Both the position numbers and the translations under genes were made by a program. Below the pieces are notes generated by a model. That model saw only the letters and a program-made list of their open reading frames with translations, had not been told where the DNA came from and ran no database searches. Shown in pieces: positions 15,303 to 22,787 of a stretch of 42,874 nucleotides of DNA; position 1 is the stretch's first letter, and every line of letters starts with the position of its first letter. The DNA is from a virus, in the IMG/VR virus record IMGVR_UViG_3300027111_000003. The stretch is one strand, 5' to 3'.

Positions 15303-15375
15303 CCGTATTTCCCCCGCCCTCTGCCCTAGGCATGGCGGGGCACTCCTTTCTCAACTCCCCCGATAGAGAGCATTT

Positions 15376-16227
15376 ATGTCCAATCATCAATCCACTACCA
15401 TCACAGCCTCGGAGAACACCGGGCCGTCCCTCGAAGAACAGTATGAAGCCCTGAAAGCCGAAGGTCTGGTCTCAGACGATGAAGACGGCGCGACCACCGA
15501 GGCAACCCCAGTTGCTCAAGGGGGAGCAGACGGCGAGCAGGAGGGTGCCGGTAGTTCCGACGATCGCCCCTCCTGGCTCCCGGAAAAATTCGCCACGGTC
15601 GAAGACTACGTCGCCTACGTGAACGAGCTTGAAGCCAAGCAGACGGGCACGACGGAAGAAGACCCGGCTCCCCAGGCGACCCCTGAGGAAACCGCCGCAG
15701 CAGAGAAGGCCGCCGAGAAGGCTGGTCTGGACCTCGGCCAGGTGTCCCAGGAATGGTTCGCCAACGGTGGTCTCAAGGAAGAAACCTATGCCGCCCTCGA
15801 CAAGGCCGGTTACCCCCGCGAGATGGTTGACATCTACATCGAGGGTCTCACGAGCCGCACCACGCAGACGACCAAGCAAGCCTACGACCTCGTAGGTGGC
15901 GAGGAAAGCTACGGTGAGATGATCGAGTGGGCAATCGACAATCTGTCCCCCGAAGACCAGGCGGCATTCGACTCCGCCGTCAACTCCAACAACCCGCGAC
16001 AGGCCATCCTGGCGATCAAGGGCCTCAAGGCCGACTGGGAAGCCGCCCTCATGGCGGACATGTCCGACGAGCCGCAGACCCCTCTTAATGCCAAGGGCGC
16101 TGTCCCTCAGGCCGGTTACGCCTCGCTCGATGACTACATGGAGGACCTCAATGATCCCCGGTACGACAAGAACGAGACCTTCCGCGCCCAGGTAGCCGCC
16201 AAGCTGGCTAAATCCAACATCATGTAA
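15376..16227 (+). CDS. Scaffolding protein (T7 gp9-like)
   Basis: 283 aa. Strongly acidic and helical composition, located between portal and capsid. Confidence 0.8.
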   Translation: MSNHQSTTITASENTGPSLEEQYEALKAEGLVSDDEDGATTEATPVAQGGADGEQEGAGSSDDRPSWLPEKFATVEDYVAYVNELEAKQTGTTEEDPAPQATPEETAAAEKAAEKAGLDLGQVSQEWFANGGLKEETYAALDKAGYPREMVDIYIEGLTSRTTQTTKQAYDLVGGEESYGEMIEWAIDNLSPEDQAAFDSAVNSNNPRQAILAIKGLKADWEAALMADMSDEPQTPLNAKGAVPQAGYASLDDYMEDLNDPRYDKNETFRAQVAAKLAKSNIM

Positions 16228-16235
16228 GGACCTCG

Positions 16236-16466
16236 ATGGTGAGAGACTATGACAAAGAGTACGCGGCCTCTCGCCGTCCCGACCGCCGAGCGGACAACAT
16301 CGCTCGTAAACGTGCCCGTCGAAAGATGATTAAGAAGCACGGAGAGGCGGCCCTCAAGGGCAAAGAGGTCGATCACAAGAACATGAACCCGCAGAACAAC
16401 TCGTTCAGCAACCTGTCTATTATGACCCGCAAGGCCAATCGCAAGAAGCAGCCCAAGCGGAAGTAA
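16236..16466 (+). CDS. Small basic protein with HNH-like (H-N-N) motif
   Basis: 76 aa. KEVDHKNMNPQNNSFSNLSIMTRKANRKK resembles a minimal HNH core. SD AAGGA. Confidence 0.5.
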   Translation: MVRDYDKEYAASRRPDRRADNIARKRARRKMIKKHGEAALKGKEVDHKNMNPQNNSFSNLSIMTRKANRKKQPKRK

Positions 16467-16476
16467 TCCCCTTCAC

Positions 16477-16489
16477 CCCAGGTAACCCC
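16477..16489. repeat. 13-bp direct repeat CCCAGGTAACCCC, left copy (flanks lysis cassette)
   Basis: Exact copy at 17621-17633. Both copies lie about 10 nt after an AAGTAA stop context. Confidence 0.9.
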
Positions 16490-16491
16490 CA

Positions 16492-17040
16492 ATGAAAACC
16501 AGTGCTGCCGGTCGCAAGGCGATCCGCGCTCGCGAGGGCGTTGTCCTCAAGGCATACCGGGATTCGGTCGGCGTCCTGACCATCGGCGTCGGCCACACGT
16601 CCGCCGCAGGTTCCCCCAAGGTTACCCCCGGTCTGACCATCACCGCCACCCAGGCGGACGAGATTCTGTCCCGAGACCTGGCGATCTTCGAGAAGGCCGT
16701 CAACGCCTCCGTAAAGGTCCCGCTCTCCCAGAACGAGTTCGATGCCCTCGTGTCCCTCGCGTTTAACATCGGGGCAGGGGCGTTCAAGAAGTCCACGCTC
16801 GTCCGCGAGCTCAACAAGGGCAACCGGGCCGCTGCTGCCGATCAGTTCCTCAGATGGAACAAGGCCGGGGGCAGGACCCTCAAGGGCCTCGTGAACCGTC
16901 GCCACGCCGAGCGTCTCCAGTTCCTTTCGGGCAAGGCACCAGCCCCAGAGGTTCCCCAGGTTACCCCTGAGAAATCCCGAGGCTGGCTCACCGAGCTCAT
17001 CTTCCGGCTCCTCTCCGCGCTCTTTAGGAGAAAGACATGA
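16492..17040 (+). CDS. Endolysin, GH24 (lambda R/T4 E-type) lysozyme
   Basis: 182 aa. REGVVLKAYRDSVGVLTIGVGHT contains the Glu/Asp/Thr catalytic pattern, and NRRHAE is also present. The C-terminal segment GWLTELIFRLLSALFRRK is amphipathic. Confidence 0.88.
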   Translation: MKTSAAGRKAIRAREGVVLKAYRDSVGVLTIGVGHTSAAGSPKVTPGLTITATQADEILSRDLAIFEKAVNASVKVPLSQNEFDALVSLAFNIGAGAFKKSTLVRELNKGNRAAAADQFLRWNKAGGRTLKGLVNRRHAERLQFLSGKAPAPEVPQVTPEKSRGWLTELIFRLLSALFRRKT

Positions 17041-17240
17041 CACCCGTCATCATCCGCATCCTCCTGCGCTACGGCTCAGGATTCCTGGCCGCCAAGGGCC
17101 TCCTGGCCCCTGAGGTTGGCGTCGAGCTGGCCGAGGACCCGGACATCAATATGGTTCTCCAGGTTCTCTCGGGGATCGTCGCCGGGGCCGCCGCAGAGGG
17201 CTTCTACTACCTCGCCCGTAAGTTCGGGTGGGCCAAGTAA
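17037..17240 (+). CDS. Holin-like small membrane protein
   Basis: 67 aa with two hydrophobic segments. ATGA overlap with the endolysin stop. Confidence 0.55.
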   Translation: MTPVIIRILLRYGSGFLAAKGLLAPEVGVELAEDPDINMVLQVLSGIVAGAAAEGFYYLARKFGWAK

Positions 17241-17615
17241 GTGTTCCTGAAGTTCATCCTTTCGATGTTCTCCGGGCCTCTGGACCGCATCCTCGATACC
17301 GTAGACCGTAAGGTGGACAACGAGACCGCTCGGGAGGAAATCCGCAACAAGACGGTGTCCTCCTACGTCGAGCAGCTCGCTCGGGTGCAGACCTCCAAGT
17401 GGGGATGGGCGCCGCTCCTCTTCTACATCCCGGTGGGCTTCTGGTTCGCCGCAGTTTGCATCTACTCGGTCCTGTGGTGTCGCGATTGCGCCTTCCCGCA
17501 GGAGTGGTCCATCGCCGCCCTCCCGGCATCCCTCAATCCCTGGATAGGCCCGATCATTGGCTCGCTGTTTATCGGCAAGGCCGGTGAGACGATCCTCCGG
17601 GTCCTCCGCAAGTAA
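17241..17615 (+). CDS. Membrane protein of the lysis cassette (resembles 3-TM GTA-type holins)
   Basis: 124 aa (GTG 17241 or ATG 17265). A soluble N-terminal part is followed by hydrophobic spans (WAPLLFYIPVGFWFAAVCIYSVLW, PWIGPIIGSLFIG). The family assignment is from memory only. Confidence 0.55.
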   Translation: MFLKFILSMFSGPLDRILDTVDRKVDNETAREEIRNKTVSSYVEQLARVQTSKWGWAPLLFYIPVGFWFAAVCIYSVLWCRDCAFPQEWSIAALPASLNPWIGPIIGSLFIGKAGETILRVLRK

Positions 17616-17620
17616 ACCCT

Positions 17621-17633
17621 CCCAGGTAACCCC
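17621..17633. repeat. 13-bp direct repeat CCCAGGTAACCCC, right copy
   Basis: Identical to 16477-16489. It also forms the hairpin CCCAGG-TAACC-CCTGGG. Confidence 0.9.
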
Positions 17634-17662
17634 TGGGTGGGCTGTGAAGTATCAGATCAAGG

Positions 17663-17685
17663 AAGATCACCACACTATAGCCGCT
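17663..17685 (+). promoter_or_regulatory. Possible late promoter upstream of the capsid gene (AAGATCACCACACTATA|G)
   Basis: Contains ACACTATAG, identical to the SP6 promoter core, and shares 10 of 18 positions with family B. Single occurrence, so this is weak. Confidence 0.3.
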
Positions 17686-17849
17686 CCTCTTTAGGAGGGC
17701 GATCTCCCTTATGATTTCGAGCAAAACGAATACTCTCAAGTAACCTCAGGTCCCCTCGGGGAATAACCTCCAGATGAAACCGAGTTTTCCGAAGCGAAGT
17801 CACACCGCGCCGCCTTTGCCGCGCACTCTGATTACTTCCGAGAACTTTA

Positions 17850-18821
17850 ATGCCTCAGTCCACAACTACCACTGCTGGTGTACCGGCAGGTCCGTCCCAT
17901 TCGGACAACCTCTACCTGAAGGTCTTCTCTGGTGAGACCATGAAGGTCTTCAACAAGCGCACGGCTCTCAAGGGTCGCCACCGCGAACGCACGATTGCCT
18001 CGGGTAAGAGCGCACAGTTCGCTGCGATCGGCAAGGCCGCCGCAGAATATCATACGCCGGGTAATCTGATCCTCGGTCAGGACATCAACCACGGCGAGAA
18101 GGTCATCACCATCGATGACATGCTCATCTCCTCGACGTTCGTCTCGAACTTCGAAGAGGCCATGAACCACTACGAGACCCGTAGCGAGTATGCCTTCCAG
18201 ATGGGTGACAGCCTTGCTCAGGCGTATGACCAGCACCTCTTTGCTATCGCCACCAAGGCGGCTGTCAACGGCACGACCGGCGCAGTTACCGAGATGGGCG
18301 CTGCTACCGAAGACAAGATCGGTGCCACGCCGACGATCGCCAACATCGTTGACGCAATCTACAACGCCGCTGCCTACTTCGACGCGACGAACGTCCCGGA
18401 CACCGAGCGCACCGCGTTCGTCACTCCGTCCGTCTACTGGGACCTCGTCCAGGACGGCTCGTTCCTCGACCGTGACTTCGGCAACGATGGTAACGGCTCG
18501 CAGTCCAAGGGCGCTGTCTACCGCGCTGCTGGCATCGAGATCGTTCCCTCGAACAACCTCGCGCTGAACTTCGGCGTGGCTACGCTCGCTGGCCGTCAGG
18601 CTGGCTCGGCCACCACGGACTACACCGTAGACGGCTCCACGTCGCTCGTCCTCATCATGCAGAAACAGGCCCTCGGCACTGTCAAGCTGATGAACCTCGC
18701 GACGGAGAAGGAATACCAGGTTGGCCGTCAGGGCACCCTGATGGTCTCCCGTATGGCTTGCGGTCACGGCGTTCTGCGCCCTGAGTGCATCCGCCTGATC
18801 TCCGCGAAGGCCGCCGCCTAA
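17850..18821 (+). CDS. Major capsid protein (T7 gp10A-like)
   Basis: 323 aa. By-eye alignment to T7 gp10: LYLKVFSGE, SGKSAQF, EKVITIDD, EEAMNHYETRSEY. Confidence 0.96.
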   Translation: MPQSTTTTAGVPAGPSHSDNLYLKVFSGETMKVFNKRTALKGRHRERTIASGKSAQFAAIGKAAAEYHTPGNLILGQDINHGEKVITIDDMLISSTFVSNFEEAMNHYETRSEYAFQMGDSLAQAYDQHLFAIATKAAVNGTTGAVTEMGAATEDKIGATPTIANIVDAIYNAAAYFDATNVPDTERTAFVTPSVYWDLVQDGSFLDRDFGNDGNGSQSKGAVYRAAGIEIVPSNNLALNFGVATLAGRQAGSATTDYTVDGSTSLVLIMQKQALGTVKLMNLATEKEYQVGRQGTLMVSRMACGHGVLRPECIRLISAKAAA

Positions 18822-18830
18822 CACTCCATA

Positions 18831-18861
18831 GGGAGGTCCTTAATTGGGCCTCCCTTTTTTT
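18831..18861 (+). terminator. Terminator after the capsid gene (T-phi analogue)
   Basis: 9-bp stem GGGAGGTCC/GGGCCTCCC with a 6-nt loop, followed by TTTTTTT. Confidence 0.85.
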
Positions 18862-18878
18862 CCTTAGGGAGCCTTCCC

Positions 18879-19478
18879 GTGTCAGTTAAGTCCTATACCG
18901 AGCTTGAGGCGGTAAACCTCATCCTAAGAAACATGGGCGAAGCCCCTGTAAACTCCCTTTCAAGTCCCCCGCTGGATGCCTCCGAGGCCCTTGCGACCCT
19001 CCAAGAGACCTCGTTCGAAGTGCAGAAGCGCGGCTGGTACTTCAACACCGAAATTTACCGGCTCTCCCCGGACAACAACGGGAACATCCAGCTCCCGGTG
19101 AACACCCTCCATGTCGAGTCCACAGGGAACTCCAAGGGCACCCGGGTGGTCAGCCGTAACGGCCTCCTCTACCGCATCAAGCCGTTCGACAACGGCCCGG
19201 TATTCGAGGGACCGATGGAGCTCCGCCTGGTTCTCGGGCTGGATTTCACCGATCTCCCGGCATCCGCCCGGTCCTACATCGCCATCCGCGCCTCGCGTGT
19301 GTCCCAGGTCCGCTCGGTGGGCGACCAGATGAGCGCCCAGGACGACAGCCAGGACGAAACCCGGGCCTTCGCCGAGCTCCACGCAGAACAGCTAGCCGCC
19401 GAGCGGCTGTCTCTCAAGAACTCCGTGACGGTCAGCAGTGGCTTGTATGGAGCGTATACGCCTCAGGTAGTCCAGTAA
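18879..19478 (+). CDS. Tail tubular protein A (T7 gp11-like)
   Basis: 199 aa. GTG start 8 nt after GGGAG. By-eye similarity to gp11 (ELEAVNLILRNMGEAPV, QKRGWYFN). Confidence 0.88.
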   Translation: MSVKSYTELEAVNLILRNMGEAPVNSLSSPPLDASEALATLQETSFEVQKRGWYFNTEIYRLSPDNNGNIQLPVNTLHVESTGNSKGTRVVSRNGLLYRIKPFDNGPVFEGPMELRLVLGLDFTDLPASARSYIAIRASRVSQVRSVGDQMSAQDDSQDETRAFAELHAEQLAAERLSLKNSVTVSSGLYGAYTPQVVQ

Positions 19479-21857
19479 ATGACAGCCATCTCCGGTGCCA
19501 TCCCCAACCTCATCGGGGGTGTCTCACAGCAGCCCCGAGAAATCCGGGCACCTAATTCCGCGGAACGCCTCCTCAATACCACCTGTGACGTCGCCATCGG
19601 GCTCACCACGAGGCCGAACGCGCTCCTCCAGGCCATTGTGGGTGACGCCCCGGCCTCGAATTACACGCTTGCCACACACGTCATCCAGAAACCCTCGGGA
19701 AACTTCCAGATCACCGCCTTCAACGGGGCGGTCCACGTCACGAACCTGACGACCGGGGTGACCTCCTCAGTTACCCTTGAGGGTTCCTCGGCGGCCTACC
19801 TCGCTGGCTCCGAGGATCTGGAGAATGTCCTGGACTTTCTGACGATTGGGGATACGACCTTTGTCTACAACAAGGCGAAGACGGTCCTGGCGACAACGAT
19901 CGCCGAAAGTGGCGTCTCAGGGGTCACCGAGGACGGTGTGGTTCGCAAGAGCCCCAACCGCCACTCGACCCTTTGGGTTCGCCAGAGGGCCGGATACAAC
20001 GCCAACTACGGCCTGTACGTAAACGGGGTCCAGAAGGCGAACGTCGTCACCGACACCGAGACCCCTTCGTCCATCGCGGAGTCCATCGTTACCGAGGCGA
20101 CCACCAACGGCATCACACTGTCTCGCCTAGAAGGCAGCGTCGTCTCCGTGACGCATCCCAATGACACTAGCTATATCACCAGCCACGACGATCTCGCGAA
20201 CACCGCCATCTTCGCCTACAACGACGAGGTTACAGAGTTCACCAAGCTGCCCAACTCGGACGTCGAGGGGCGCCTGGTCCTCATTACCCAGTCGGAAGAC
20301 GGGGCCGAGGACGACTACTGGGTCTGGTATAAGAAGGGAAGTTGGCAGGAGACCTACGGATGGGGTGCCTACGAGGTTCCCCAAGCGAGCACCATGCCGC
20401 ATATCATCGTGGATAACGGTGATGGCACCTGGACGATGAAGCCGCATGTCTGGCCTGGCCGTGAGGTCGGGGACAAGGACAGCAACGCCTCGCCGACCTT
20501 CATCAACAAGACGATCAACCGGCTGTTCCTCTATCGAGGCCGGATGGTGATTCTCAGTGACGAGAACTTCATCGCCTCCCAGGTGGGAAACTACGAGAAC
20601 TTCTACCGATCCACCTGTACGCAGCTCCTCGATGACGACCGGATCGACATCGCGTCCCCAAACAGCCGGGGATCGTTCCTCCACACGGGAGAAGAGTTCG
20701 ACGGCAAGCTCCTGCTTTCCAGCAACTTCGACCAGTTCGTGGTGGACAGCTCCGCTGACGACGTCCTGTCTCCGAACACCGTGACGATCAAGAAGGTGAA
20801 CAGCTACCACATGTCGGGTGCTGTCTCGCCGGTCTCGATCGGCCCAAACTTCATCTTCGTGGACGACTTCCAGAACCGGGGCCACGCCCTCCTCAGGGAG
20901 TACCAGGTCGAGCGCGTATTTGGCCGCCAGGTTGCCCTCTCGGTAACCGATCAGGTCCCCGAGTACATTCCGACCGGGGTCTATCAGATGGCCGCCTCGG
21001 CCTCCGATGACATCCTGGCGGTAGTCTCCAAGGGCAACCGTTCGTCTCTCTGGCTTTACAACTACTACTTCAACAACGAAGGCAAGGTCCTGTCCTCGTG
21101 GCAGGAGTGGACGTTCCCCTTCACCGTCTACGGGGTCTCGTTCCTCGATGATCTTCTCCTGATGACGGCGGTTTACAACGGCAAGATCGCCATTGTGTCC
21201 TTCTCGTTCGACTCCGGTGTGGATGAAATCCTCGACAGCGGGGATGTCCTCCTAGACCTCGGGGTGGCCTCCTCGGGGGCAACTCTGGCTTACGACGGGA
21301 CCAACACGATCGTTACTCTCCCATACGCCCTGGCCTCCGACGCGGACCTCGCCCTGTACCGTGGCGTGGTGACGCCGGATAACCCAGGGACCCTCAAGGG
21401 TGGCCGGGTGTTCAAGCCGACCGCCCGGTCTGGTGCCGACATCACCTTCGCCAACGTGGACCTGACCGGCAACGATCTGGTCTTCGGGTTTGCCTTCCGG
21501 TTCTACTGGAAGCTCAATCCGATCTATGTCCGTGACCGAAACCTCGTGGCTATCCAGGATGGCCGCCTCCAGCTCCGCAACGTGTCTTTCCTCTTCAACA
21601 ACTCAGGACCCTTCGATGTCCTGGTGACCCCGCTTGGCCGGGATACCTACCGCGACCGCTACACCGGCATCTTCGTCGGCGCTCAGTCTACTCCTCTGGA
21701 CAAGCTGAACATCGGTAGTGGCGAGTTCCGCTCCGCCGCCTATGGCGAGGGGGACAAGGTCGGGATTGAAGTCGAAGCCTACACGCCGTGGCGCGTCCGG
21801 TTCTCCTCCCTCGAATGGGACGGGGCCTACAGGGGACGCAAGAAAAGGACTACCTAA
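19479..21857 (+). CDS. Tail tubular protein B (T7 gp12-like)
   Basis: 792 aa. Follows the gp11-like gene directly and starts with the typical N-terminus GGVSQQP. Confidence 0.9.
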   Translation: MTAISGAIPNLIGGVSQQPREIRAPNSAERLLNTTCDVAIGLTTRPNALLQAIVGDAPASNYTLATHVIQKPSGNFQITAFNGAVHVTNLTTGVTSSVTLEGSSAAYLAGSEDLENVLDFLTIGDTTFVYNKAKTVLATTIAESGVSGVTEDGVVRKSPNRHSTLWVRQRAGYNANYGLYVNGVQKANVVTDTETPSSIAESIVTEATTNGITLSRLEGSVVSVTHPNDTSYITSHDDLANTAIFAYNDEVTEFTKLPNSDVEGRLVLITQSEDGAEDDYWVWYKKGSWQETYGWGAYEVPQASTMPHIIVDNGDGTWTMKPHVWPGREVGDKDSNASPTFINKTINRLFLYRGRMVILSDENFIASQVGNYENFYRSTCTQLLDDDRIDIASPNSRGSFLHTGEEFDGKLLLSSNFDQFVVDSSADDVLSPNTVTIKKVNSYHMSGAVSPVSIGPNFIFVDDFQNRGHALLREYQVERVFGRQVALSVTDQVPEYIPTGVYQMAASASDDILAVVSKGNRSSLWLYNYYFNNEGKVLSSWQEWTFPFTVYGVSFLDDLLLMTAVYNGKIAIVSFSFDSGVDEILDSGDVLLDLGVASSGATLAYDGTNTIVTLPYALASDADLALYRGVVTPDNPGTLKGGRVFKPTARSGADITFANVDLTGNDLVFGFAFRFYWKLNPIYVRDRNLVAIQDGRLQLRNVSFLFNNSGPFDVLVTPLGRDTYRDRYTGIFVGAQSTPLDKLNIGSGEFRSAAYGEGDKVGIEVEAYTPWRVRFSSLEWDGAYRGRKKRTT

Positions 21858-22333
21858 TGCAATACGTGATCCGGGGGGTCCGGGAGGGCGACCTCCCGTA
21901 TCTCACCGACAACCTCCGTGGGGCCGACACCCGCGAGCTCATCGCCACATATGGGAACACCCGGTTCCTCGAAGGTCTCACCCGCTCTGTCTCCGCCTCC
22001 GACGAGGTGCAGCTCTGCGAGGGCGACGGGCTCCCGATGGTCCTCTGGGGCATCTATCAAATCTCTTCGCTTTCCGCAGTCATCTGGTGCTGCGCTACCC
22101 CTCAAGTGACAAAGTTCCGTCTCCCGTTCGTCCGAGAGAGCCGCGCCATCTTCCGGCGCTGGTTCACCGAGCGTCCCGAGTTGCAGACCTTAATCAACTT
22201 CTCCCACGCCAAGAACGAGCTCCACCACCGGTGGCTGCGTACCTGTGGCGCGACTGTCTTCCCAAGTGTGCCCGTGGGGCCTCTAGGTGAACCCTTCAGT
22301 CCCTTCGTAATTCGGAGAGAGCACTATGTGTGA
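21857..22333 (+). CDS. Internal virion / assembly protein at the gp13 position (hypothetical)
   Basis: 158 aa from the ATG at 21857, with a TAATG overlap on the gp12 stop. The track ORF 21788 extends into gp12. Confidence 0.6.
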   Translation: MQYVIRGVREGDLPYLTDNLRGADTRELIATYGNTRFLEGLTRSVSASDEVQLCEGDGLPMVLWGIYQISSLSAVIWCCATPQVTKFRLPFVRESRAIFRRWFTERPELQTLINFSHAKNELHHRWLRTCGATVFPSVPVGPLGEPFSPFVIRREHYV

Positions 22334-22787
22334 CCTCGGTATCGTTCTCGGCCTCGCGGCTGGTGCTGCCACCGCAGTCGGTGAAGCTGACGCGGCTAAG
22401 AAGAACACCCGCATGATTCAGCAGCAGAAGAACCTCGAATACGCCGCCCAGGAGCGCGAGCGTCTTGTCGAGACCGATGCTGCAAACAAAGAAGGCGCTC
22501 AGGCGCAGCTCGAAGCAGACCGTGTAGCCTCAACCGTCCGCGCAGCCGGGGAGGGGATGGGCGGGTCTACCGCTGTAGAGCGTAACGCCGAGCAGCAGCG
22601 CCAGGGTGCCTTGTCCATCGCCAACGCGAAGGATCGGACTCAGGCCGCCAACGCCAATTACGCGATGGCAGGAAAGAACACCCAGATCGCCGCCCAGAAC
22701 CGCATCAACACCATTCAACCCAACCCCTTCACGATGTTCGCGAATGTGGCGACCTCGGGTCTTCAAGGATATGGAGCCTTTAAATAA
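22326..22787 (+). CDS. Internal virion protein B (gp14-position)
   Basis: 153 aa. The hydrophobic N-terminus MCDLGIVLGLAAGAATAV is followed by a Gln/Ala-rich helical part. Confidence 0.65.
   Translation: MCDLGIVLGLAAGAATAVGEADAAKKNTRMIQQQKNLEYAAQERERLVETDAANKEGAQAQLEADRVASTVRAAGEGMGGSTAVERNAEQQRQGALSIANAKDRTQAANANYAMAGKNTQIAAQNRINTIQPNPFTMFANVATSGLQGYGAFK

Noticed and set aside
15349-15371. TCTCAACTCCCCCGATA|GAGAGC upstream of the scaffold gene as a degenerate late promoter
   Set aside because: It shares only the C-rich block, ATA and GAGAG with family B (about half the positions). It is plausible by analogy to T7 phi9 but too weak to call from sequence alone.
18780-18821. Checked for a T7 10A/10B-style -1 frameshift site at the end of the capsid gene
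   Set aside because: There is no slippery heptamer, and the -1 frame is not open beyond the stop.
17847-18824. 325-aa minus-strand ORF coextensive with the capsid gene
   Set aside because: The + strand frame aligns to T7 gp10, and the antisense frame is a compositional artefact.
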